A stretch of DNA of 15,659 nucleotides from Promethearchaeota archaeon (GTDB lineage: Archaea > Asgardarchaeota > Lokiarchaeia > Sigyniarchaeales > SOKP01). The stretch covers positions 52,070 to 67,728 of the forward strand of contig JBHLMP010000015.1 of the NCBI GenBank assembly GCA_048938025.1, in the 5' to 3' direction. The notes under the pieces were generated by a model. The model was not told the origin of the DNA and did not search any database. It saw only the letters and a program-made list of their open reading frames with translations. Position numbers and translations under genes: made by a program. Below, in pieces: positions 1 through 7,747 of this stretch (positions are counted from its first letter, which is position 1; every line of letters begins with the position of its first letter).

Positions 1-14
1 AGCCAAAGGGAGGA

Positions 15-1265
15 GTGCTTAATAGAATAAATTTAGATGGATTTAAAGTAATTCAAGAAAAATATACAAAAGATCGCTTGCTCTGCAAAAAACTTTTAGA
101 AGTTGAAGGTAGATGGAGATTAGATGTAAATTATGGACCTCAGTTTGAAACAGAACTAAGAACTGAAAGAGCAGGAAAAATTCTTGTTCAAACAGATGAA
201 ACAACTATGCTTGGGGGAGGTGGAACGGCTATTCACCCTATTTCCTTATGTATGGTCGGATTTGGAGGGTGTTTCACAGCTGCTTTTGCTAAGTGGGCAG
301 CAATGCAGAACATCGAATTAAACACATTAAAAATAAGAGCTAAAGCAAATATTGATTTATCTAGTAGTTTTGGAATTGATGATACTATTCCTATGATAGA
401 TAACTATCAATTAGATTTATTTATAGAAAGTGATGCAACTATGGATAAATTTCGTGAAATTCTAGAGTTAACTAAGCTAAGATGCTTTTGCTATTATTGC
501 GCAACAACCCCTATATTTCCTACTGTTCTACTACGTAAAGAATATTCTAATAATGAATTTAATACAATCCAGGTTCAAAATGAAGATCACATTGTAAATC
601 GAATTAATTTAAAGGGTTTTAATGAAATTCGAAAACTTTATTCTGAAAACCGTTCATTATGTAAAAAAACTTTAGAAATAGAAGGCGAATGGAAATTAGA
701 TGTTCAATATGGACCCCAATATCAAACAAAATTACAAACTGAAAGAGCAGGAGAAATCCTCCTTCAAACAGATGAAACTATTATTTTAGGTGGTGGTGGA
801 ACTTCATTTCACCCAGTTCATCTTTGTATGGCAGGATTTGCAGCTAATTTTTGTTCAGAATATGCTAAATGGGCTGCAATTGAAGGTGTTAAATTAGATA
901 ATTTAAGGATTATTGTAAAACAATATATAGATTTATCAACTGGTTTTGGTATTGAGCCTAATGTTCCAATGATAGATGATTATCAAGTCGAGTTAATTGT
1001 GGATAGTAATGCTAATATAGAAAAATTACTAGATATTTTAGAAATTATTAAGAAAAGAAGTTTTTGTTATAATTGTTTAGTTACACCTACAGTTCCACTT
1101 ATTACAATACATAAAGTAATTTCTGATAGTCAAGATAAATCATTTAAAGTAGTAAAGAAAGAGTTAATTCCTGAAACTAATATAATATCAATATCAAGAG
1201 AAAATAACCTACTATTAAGTTCTATTTTTAAGAAAAGAAAGGTAATGCAAATGAAGAAAATTTAA
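15..1265 (+). CDS. Tandem two-domain OsmC/Ohr-like protein (5' end may lie upstream of the window)
   Basis: Two homologous ~175-aa units with a 192-aa period (NRINLxGF...QTDETxxLGGGGT..HP..LCM.GF). Unit 1 has OsmC-type Cys positions (GGC86F, RC157F). The frame is open to the window edge (PKGG before the GTG), so the start is uncertain. Confidence 0.8.
   Translation: MLNRINLDGFKVIQEKYTKDRLLCKKLLEVEGRWRLDVNYGPQFETELRTERAGKILVQTDETTMLGGGGTAIHPISLCMVGFGGCFTAAFAKWAAMQNIELNTLKIRAKANIDLSSSFGIDDTIPMIDNYQLDLFIESDATMDKFREILELTKLRCFCYYCATTPIFPTVLLRKEYSNNEFNTIQVQNEDHIVNRINLKGFNEIRKLYSENRSLCKKTLEIEGEWKLDVQYGPQYQTKLQTERAGEILLQTDETIILGGGGTSFHPVHLCMAGFAANFCSEYAKWAAIEGVKLDNLRIIVKQYIDLSTGFGIEPNVPMIDDYQVELIVDSNANIEKLLDILEIIKKRSFCYNCLVTPTVPLITIHKVISDSQDKSFKVVKKELIPETNIISISRENNLLLSSIFKKRKVMQMKKI
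18..1115 (+). repeat. Intragenic tandem duplication (unit 1 ~18-539, unit 2 ~594-1115, 576-nt period)
   Basis: Also visible at DNA level, e.g. actgaaagagcagga and caaacagatgaaac occur in both units. Confidence 0.9.
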
Positions 1266-1314
1266 TGAAAGAATTCTTTTTATTGTTATACTAATATGAA
1301 CTATATTTAAAATC

Positions 1315-1323
1315 AAGGTGGGT
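1315..1323 (+). promoter_or_regulatory. Shine-Dalgarno site
   Basis: AAGGTGGGT 6 nt before ATG 1330. The track's GTG start at 1318 lies inside this site. Confidence 0.65.
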
Positions 1324-1329
1324 ATTTTT

Positions 1330-1794
1330 ATGTCTATAAACTGGTCGTTTAAACCTAAAGATCTTAAAAGAACTATAGATGATTTAGAAAAAAAGATAAA
1401 AATTAAGTATGTAGAAAATAAACAAAAAAAGGAAGAAATTAACATCCTACTTAGTAAATTAGAAAACAATTCAGATAATATTAGAGATATTGAATCAAAG
1501 TTAGAATATGCGGAAGGAGAAATTAATGTTTTAAACGATAAATTAGAAAAATTAAATTCAGAGATCTTAATTTTGCAAAGAGAAATTAGTGATTTAAATA
1601 AAGATATATTAATAAAGAAAGGAAAAATTACAGAACTACGTTCAATTAAAACTAATTTAGAGGAAAAGCATTTTTTAAAGGTAGGTTTAAATAATCTAAA
1701 ATCAGATAAGTTAATTAAATTAATTAAAGAAATTTTGTTTCAAAAAGGATTTTTGTCTCAAAAGGAATTTGAAGATTTGACTCAAAAAATTTGA
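1330..1794 (+). CDS. Coiled-coil protein with C-terminal SHOCT-like motif (154 aa)
   Basis: Long Leu/Ile heptad pattern rich in K/E; C-terminus LIKEILFQKGFLSQKEFEDL resembles SHOCT (LxxxGxISxEEF). Start moved to SD-preceded ATG 1330. Confidence 0.7.
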   Translation: MSINWSFKPKDLKRTIDDLEKKIKIKYVENKQKKEEINILLSKLENNSDNIRDIESKLEYAEGEINVLNDKLEKLNSEILILQREISDLNKDILIKKGKITELRSIKTNLEEKHFLKVGLNNLKSDKLIKLIKEILFQKGFLSQKEFEDLTQKI

Positions 1795-1824
1795 ACTTAT
1801 TAGCCTCCTCTATTAAACCTAATT

Positions 1825-1835
1825 AAAAAAAAAAA
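1825..1835 (-). terminator. Oligo-T archaeal-type terminator after lpdA
   Basis: A11 run on + strand (T11 on -) 7 nt past the lpdA stop, between convergent genes. Confidence 0.5.
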
Positions 1836-1842
1836 TAATTTC

Positions 1843-3324
1843 TCAATGGAAGATAGGTCGCCCTTTTTTATGGATTGCTTTTCCTACTACAGCTTCACAC
1901 CCTTCAAGAACCATTTCTGAAACTGTTGGATGGCTATGAATGGTTTCTGTGACGTCATGTATTGTTAGTCCATGTTGCATTGCTAAGGCAATTTCCGCGA
2001 TTAATTCAGATGCTTCCACACCTATACAAGATGCACCAATGATTTTATGAGTCTGCTTTTCGGCGAGTACCATTATAAATCCTTCTTCTTCGCCCATACA
2101 CTTAGCTTTGCCAAGAGATTGATACGGAAATTGTCCCATTAAAACATCAATGCCTTGATCTTTTGCTACTTTTCTTCTCAGTCCGACAGATCCTATATTG
2201 GGTGAAGTAAAAATGGTTGCAGGTACTATATTATAATCAGGAGTCATTTCTTGAACTGGAAAACCACCAATACTTGCTAATGCATTTGCTACTGCTACAT
2301 CTGCCTCATGATATGCTACATGTGCAAGCATAAGTCCCCCAGTAACATCCCCAATTGCATATATGCCTTCTGCTGCTGTTTCTAAAGTTTTAGGATTTAC
2401 TTTAATTGCTCCTCTGTCAGTCTTAATTCCCATTTCCTCTAATCCTATCTTACTTGACTCTTTAGCTCTACCTATTGATACTAAGCAGATATCGGCTTCA
2501 AAAGTAAATTTTTCAGCACTATCAACTTGATCCCTTGGAATAGAAGCAGAACAAGTAGTAGCTTTCACTCCTGAGCCAATATTTTCAACAGAAATTACAT
2601 TTTGTGAAACATAAATTTCAATTCCTAAAGAATTAAATTTCTTCTGTAATTCTTTAACAATCATAGGTTCTTCGGTAGCAATTGGAGTAGGAAGATATTC
2701 TAGCATAATTACCTTACTTCCAAATTTGCTAAATATGTTAGCAAATTCACATCCAATAACGCCAGCTCCTATTATCAACAATCTTTTAGGAACTGTTTTA
2801 AAATTTGGATCTAATATATCATCACTGGTCAATATCCTTTCATGATCAATATTGAATGCAGGAATTAATGCTGGTGATGAACCAGTAGCTATAATAACTC
2901 TTTTACCATTTATTAGTTTATCATCATCTCCTTGAATTGATATTTCAAATCCGGTTTCAGGAATACCTCCATTTATTTTACCAAATCCAATGAATATATC
3001 ATTTTTCCATGCATTTTCTAAAGCAGCAATACCCTCAACTAGTTCTTGTACAATTTTATTTTTTCTATCTACAGCTTTAGCAAAATCTACCTCAAAATCA
3101 GCGATTTCAATACCAAAATCTCCTGCCTCTTGCATTTTTTCAATCATATGAGTTGAGGCATATAAAGCTTTTGTTGGAATACATCCTCTATTTAAACAGG
3201 TCCCTCCAATATATTTTTTCTCAATTAAAGCAACTTTAGCTCCATATTGAGCGGCTCTAATAGCAGCATGGTAACCCCCAGGACCTGCTCCTATGATTAC
3301 TATATCATATTGTTGTTCAGTCAT
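1843..3324 (-). CDS. lpdA: Dihydrolipoamide dehydrogenase (E3/L-protein)
   Basis: FAD motif GAGPGG, redox disulfide GGTCLNRGCIPTK, NAD motif GAGVIG, IYAIGDV, LAHVA, C-terminal HSHPTVSE His-Glu pair. Confidence 0.95.
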   Translation of the reverse strand: MTEQQYDIVIIGAGPGGYHAAIRAAQYGAKVALIEKKYIGGTCLNRGCIPTKALYASTHMIEKMQEAGDFGIEIADFEVDFAKAVDRKNKIVQELVEGIAALENAWKNDIFIGFGKINGGIPETGFEISIQGDDDKLINGKRVIIATGSSPALIPAFNIDHERILTSDDILDPNFKTVPKRLLIIGAGVIGCEFANIFSKFGSKVIMLEYLPTPIATEEPMIVKELQKKFNSLGIEIYVSQNVISVENIGSGVKATTCSASIPRDQVDSAEKFTFEADICLVSIGRAKESSKIGLEEMGIKTDRGAIKVNPKTLETAAEGIYAIGDVTGGLMLAHVAYHEADVAVANALASIGGFPVQEMTPDYNIVPATIFTSPNIGSVGLRRKVAKDQGIDVLMGQFPYQSLGKAKCMGEEEGFIMVLAEKQTHKIIGASCIGVEASELIAEIALAMQHGLTIHDVTETIHSHPTVSEMVLEGCEAVVGKAIHKKGRPIFH

Positions 3325-3567
3325 TTTTTTAAAAAAGACACATATTACACAAGTAATTATTTATTTTATTGAGTAATTAAATAAATCAGTAAATATTAAG
3401 TTTATTTAAACAATCCTTTTTATCGAAAAAGATCAAAATTAGCAAATTAAATAAGGCATTTGATTAATTACATTAAAAATAATAAAAACAACGATCATAT
3501 TCATTAATAATTGATAAAAATCATTAGTTAAATCTAAGACAAGAATCTAAATTATAGTTGAAATTTT

Positions 3568-4995
3568 ATGTATATCAAAAATACCTCCCAACTTTTTATA
3601 AGGAAATTAAACGAAGATCAATTTTATTTAAGGAAAATTGGGATAAGTTCAATTGAGATTGCTTTAAATTCTGTTCAACCAAAAAAGTTAATCGAAAAAG
3701 CAGTAAAAATTGTTAATAATAAGTTATTTATCATGAATGATGAATATAATCTAGATGATTTTGACAAAGTATACATAATAGGGGGTGGAAAAGCCACTGC
3801 TGAGATGGCATTTTCGTTAGAAAATATCTTAGTAAATTCCAATATCAACTATGAGGGAGTTACAAACATTCCCGAGGGCTTAGATATAGACCAATCTAAA
3901 TTATCTGGAAAAATAAAACTTAACTATACTTCTCATCCTATTCCTAATCTAAATGGACTAAATGGAACTAAACAAATGATAGAAATAATTGAGAATGCCT
4001 CTCAAAAAGATATTATATTCTGTCTCATCTCAGGTGGGGGCTCTTCATTATTACCCTTGCCAAAAAAAGATATTTCCCTTAAAGACCTGCAAGAAATAAA
4101 TTCACTCCTTTTAGTGTCAGGTGCTTCTATTCATGAAATAAATACTATTCGAAAACATTTATCCGATATTAAAGGGGGTAATTTAGCAAAAAAATTATAT
4201 TATTCGAGTGGTGCAACATTAATTTCTCTAATAATTTCTGATGTTGTAGGAGATAAATTGGATTCTATTGCTTCTGGGCCCACTGTGCCAGATCTAACTA
4301 CATACAAAAATGCTATTGATATTTTAAAAAAGTATAAGATTTATAACAAGGTTCCAGGCTCTATTCTAAAACATCTAGAGGAAGGTATGCTTAATGTCGA
4401 ATTAGAAACGCCAAAACCGAATGATGCCTGTTTTAATAATGTACATAATTATTTAATAGGTAGTGTAATATTTGCTGCCGAAGAAATAGGCTCCTATTTA
4501 AGAGATCAATCTTTTACAGTAAGTTATTTTTCTAAGGATATTGTTGGTGAAGCGAATGAATATGGATCATTACTTTCCAGTATAACGTATAAAAAAATTC
4601 ACGATAAATTAAAAAATGAAAAAATCTCAAAGATTGCCTTTATTGGAACGGGTGAATTAACAGTAGCAGTTAAAGGAAATGGTATTGGTGGGAGAAATCA
4701 AGAAATGTTACTTAGTTTTCTTGATAATATTATAAATCAAGACATTTATTACAATTTTGTAATTATAGCTGTAAATCTTGATGGTATAGAGGGTAATAGT
4801 AAAGCAATGGGTGCCTTAGTAGACAATTTCGTATTAAATCAAACGAAAAAGAAAAATATTAACCTTAACAAATATTTAGAGTCAAATGACTCTAATTCTT
4901 TTTTCAAAATTATAAAAAGTGAAATAATTACAGGTCAAACTGGTTGTAACGTAAATGATTTAGTACTTATTCTAGCGTCAAAAAAAATTAAATAA
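3568..4995 (+). CDS. Glycerate 2-kinase, class II (DUF4147 + MOFRL family)
   Basis: GGGKA, SHPIP, LISGGGSSL, NTIRKHLSDIKGG, IISDVVGD..SIASGPT, GIGGRNQE, TGxTGCNVNDL. Confidence 0.9.
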   Translation: MYIKNTSQLFIRKLNEDQFYLRKIGISSIEIALNSVQPKKLIEKAVKIVNNKLFIMNDEYNLDDFDKVYIIGGGKATAEMAFSLENILVNSNINYEGVTNIPEGLDIDQSKLSGKIKLNYTSHPIPNLNGLNGTKQMIEIIENASQKDIIFCLISGGGSSLLPLPKKDISLKDLQEINSLLLVSGASIHEINTIRKHLSDIKGGNLAKKLYYSSGATLISLIISDVVGDKLDSIASGPTVPDLTTYKNAIDILKKYKIYNKVPGSILKHLEEGMLNVELETPKPNDACFNNVHNYLIGSVIFAAEEIGSYLRDQSFTVSYFSKDIVGEANEYGSLLSSITYKKIHDKLKNEKISKIAFIGTGELTVAVKGNGIGGRNQEMLLSFLDNIINQDIYYNFVIIAVNLDGIEGNSKAMGALVDNFVLNQTKKKNINLNKYLESNDSNSFFKIIKSEIITGQTGCNVNDLVLILASKKIK

Positions 4996-5068
4996 ATAGA
5001 AATATATAGTTAATCGTTTCTTGATCTAATTGAAAATCATAAAGATAAATAATTAAGACCTAAAAATA

Positions 5069-5242
5069 ATGGGATTAGGAAATACAATGATAAGAGTATG
5101 CCCTGTTTGTGGTTTTAGCTTCAAACCATATGATCCAAAAACAAAAAAGAAAATAAGTACTTGTCCAAGGTGTGGTCAGAAAATTATTGACCCTAATATC
5201 CTTCCTGACAAGCTAGATGAATTTGATAAAAAATTCTTTTAA
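5069..5242 (+). CDS. Small CPxCG-type zinc-finger/zinc-ribbon protein (57 aa; alternative ATG at 5087), absent from the ORF track
   Basis: Manual translation: MGLGNTMIRVCPVCGFSFKPYDPKTKKKISTCPRCGQKIIDPNILPDKLDEFDKKFF*, with two CPxCG knuckles. Confidence 0.85.
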   Translation: MGLGNTMIRVCPVCGFSFKPYDPKTKKKISTCPRCGQKIIDPNILPDKLDEFDKKFF

Positions 5243-5440
5243 CTCTAAGCTTATAGAAAGAGTTTTTTGAGAAAAATCTAATTTTTAATACTAATTAAAA
5301 AAAATTATGTTTCTTAATAACTACATTGTAAGTAAAAAATTTTTTAAAGATTGTGGGTTAAATTATTTTATCGATTAATGTTTATTAATCCATAAATAAA
5401 TCTTAATTTAAAAAAAAATTATACAATTTGGTAAGGAATT

Positions 5441-7594
5441 ATGGGAAAAAAAGAAAAAAAGAAGAAACCAGAACGCCGAATGGGCTGGGGCGAGGAAGAA
5501 TTTAAAGAAGAATTAGTTGCCGATGCATTAAAAAGGACTGATTTGGATGAAGGGCGTGTAGAATTAGTTGATAGAGATACTAGGACTCCCGTTATAGAAA
5601 CTTATGATAAAGACACAGGAGAAGTTGAAGGTTCAATCATCCTAAAAAATAAAAATCGAGAAGGGTTATTAGCACAAGTAAAGATAATTGAAGAAGTTGA
5701 TGTAAAGCAAGACCATTATGGAAAACTTGCCTCCATAGGTTTTGTTGGAAAACTAAATATCGAGAACCCTTCCACTACTGATCGAATTTGGGATATAGAC
5801 TTATCGCTTAAAAATATTGGAAGTACGAACTTAAAAACAAAAGATATTTCAATAAGAGAATTAAGCACAGATGCTCCTGATAATATTAACTCACGTGATT
5901 TTCAATTAACTGGAGATGTTAAAAATCTTTTATTAGTAAAAGAATTTATCAGTACATTGCCTAATGCCGATGATCTGTTAAATATTCACGATATTGAGAA
6001 TGAGCTTTTAAAATTAAAAGAAATAACAAAAAAACCCTCAAAAATGGCAAGCAAACCAAAAGTAGAGAAGGCTACCGAATATGAAGAAGAGGAAGAGGAG
6101 GAAGAAGAGGATGAAGGTGAAACATGGGAGGATGGAGGAATTTCTGCTGCATCTGGATTAGAAACTTATGGTATTTCCATTGATAAAGAAAATACGGTAA
6201 CATTTGCTATTGCTATTAGGAGCGAATTTGATAAACCAGTTTCTAATATTAAAGTTGTTAAAAATATTCCCGACGATTTTACTAATCCAGTAATTCGAGA
6301 TAGATCAGTAGGAAGAGCTGAAATTGAAGGTAAAAAAGTTATTTGGACAATCGATGTTTTACCCCCTGAAAGAACTGCATTGTTAAAATTTACATGTTCT
6401 ATTTTTGTAACTGATATTACTAAAAGAAAAACGGGAAATGTTGAGGTTACGTATCAAGCAGCTTCTTCCTTTGCCGAAGGTTTAGATATAGATAAATTCG
6501 ATGCCTATACACGTAATAAATTTTATGTTGATACAGTTGAAAGAGACGAAGAGCCAGGAGTATGGGATTGTAAGCTTGTTTTTGACAATTCTTCAGAATT
6601 TATAATACAACTTTTTAATGCAGATGTCTACTCTCCAGACGATAAAACCACTAAATTCGTAGATATTGATCCTGAAGATGTTCCTTTACTACCTGCTGGA
6701 GCTCAATGGCACTCAAAGAAATGGCAATATGAAAGTGATGATTATCCTTCTTTTAGAAAGAAACTAGAATTTAGAGTAATGCCTGATTTCCGAACAATAG
6801 TTAATGGCTCAACGGCAATATCTGATGTTATTCTAGAGATCGCTAGCATCACTGGTGAAATGAAATATGATAAAACTGAAACTCCAACTTATAAAACTCA
6901 AGACATTATCGCTACACTTAAGATGGCTAATAATGGTTCTGCTCCTCTAAATGAATTAACTATCGTACAGCAATATTTCGCCGATGAATATCAACCTCCT
7001 AAAGCTAGTGAAATAACAATGATATGGGACGGAGATGAAGTCGAGTTATCTCCTGCAGCTGTAAGTTTTGAAGCTAATGTATTTACTATCTCTCTAATGA
7101 ATTTAAAAGATAGTGTTACCGGGTTGTTTAAACCCGATTCTACTATTGAATTTGAATATCCCATCCATTGTGTCAATCCTGCAAAAGGTTCTACATTTGA
7201 ATCAGAAATATTCTACCGTGCTAATACCTTTCCAGTAAGCCAGGAGTTAGAATTCAAGCCTGAGGTTCCAATAATAGAAGCATTGCACATCAGAAGGAAG
7301 TTCCGTGTTGGAAAAGAAGTACAAGCTTTTGGAACTCTTGGAAATTACAGAATAACCTTAATTCTTGAAAACATTGGTGAATCACGGCTTTATAATCTTG
7401 TTTTGCTTGATAAAGTACCTGATAACTTCGAGTATGGAACCTATTCTATGACCCCAGAAATTACTGATGAAGTTGGAGCTGATACGTTAAAATGGGAAAT
7501 AGATACTTTAGAAGTTGGAGATAAATTAGAAATTACATATGAAATTACGGGTACTGGCGCATATAGCCCATCGGATGCTCAAATAGCTCTATAA
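5441..7594 (+). CDS. Cytoplasmic multi-beta-sandwich protein: mu-homology-like domain (AP mu/delta-COP type) plus additional Ig/DUF11-like domains
   Basis: No signal peptide or TM helix. MHD-like motifs in order: E84-x9-G94-x8-G103, FQLTGDVKNLLLV, IRSEF..NIKVVKNIP..VG..VIWTI..LP, VEVTY..EGLDIDKFD. C-terminal DUF11-like unit (ITLILENIG..LVLLDKVPDNF..LKWEIDTLEVGDKLEITYEI). AAGGA SD upstream. The CDS is certain; the function call is inference. Confidence 0.65.
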   Translation: MGKKEKKKKPERRMGWGEEEFKEELVADALKRTDLDEGRVELVDRDTRTPVIETYDKDTGEVEGSIILKNKNREGLLAQVKIIEEVDVKQDHYGKLASIGFVGKLNIENPSTTDRIWDIDLSLKNIGSTNLKTKDISIRELSTDAPDNINSRDFQLTGDVKNLLLVKEFISTLPNADDLLNIHDIENELLKLKEITKKPSKMASKPKVEKATEYEEEEEEEEEDEGETWEDGGISAASGLETYGISIDKENTVTFAIAIRSEFDKPVSNIKVVKNIPDDFTNPVIRDRSVGRAEIEGKKVIWTIDVLPPERTALLKFTCSIFVTDITKRKTGNVEVTYQAASSFAEGLDIDKFDAYTRNKFYVDTVERDEEPGVWDCKLVFDNSSEFIIQLFNADVYSPDDKTTKFVDIDPEDVPLLPAGAQWHSKKWQYESDDYPSFRKKLEFRVMPDFRTIVNGSTAISDVILEIASITGEMKYDKTETPTYKTQDIIATLKMANNGSAPLNELTIVQQYFADEYQPPKASEITMIWDGDEVELSPAAVSFEANVFTISLMNLKDSVTGLFKPDSTIEFEYPIHCVNPAKGSTFESEIFYRANTFPVSQELEFKPEVPIIEALHIRRKFRVGKEVQAFGTLGNYRITLILENIGESRLYNLVLLDKVPDNFEYGTYSMTPEITDEVGADTLKWEIDTLEVGDKLEITYEITGTGAYSPSDAQIAL
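6077..6133 (+). repeat. Low-complexity GAA/GAG tract encoding poly-Glu (EYEEEEEEEEEDEGETWED)
   Basis: Directly visible GAR codon run in frame with the 717-aa ORF. Confidence 0.85.
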
Positions 7595-7611
7595 AATTAA
7601 ATTAAATTTAA

Positions 7612-7634
7612 TTATTTTTTATTTTTTTATTTTT
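7612..7634 (+). terminator. Possible oligo-T terminator
   Basis: Successive T-runs (ttttttatttttttatttt) about 20 nt after stop 7594. Confidence 0.4.
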
Positions 7635-7747
7635 ATATTGACATAAGGGTTAAATAGATTTAGGAATAAATATTAAAAGATCATAGAAAATTTAATTATT
7701 TTAATTATTATTAAAAGATTCCAAATTTAAACGAATTTTCAGAAATC

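Noticed and set aside
1215-1469. 84-aa minus-strand ORF
   Set aside because: Antisense shadow of two plus-strand genes; its hydrophobicity just mirrors A-rich Lys/Glu codons.
6991-7176. 61-aa minus-strand ORF
   Set aside because: Wholly antisense within the 717-aa gene; no motifs.
5441-7594. S-layer/adhesin interpretation of the Ig-like protein
   Set aside because: No signal peptide or membrane anchor and a highly charged N-terminus, so an extracellular role is unlikely.
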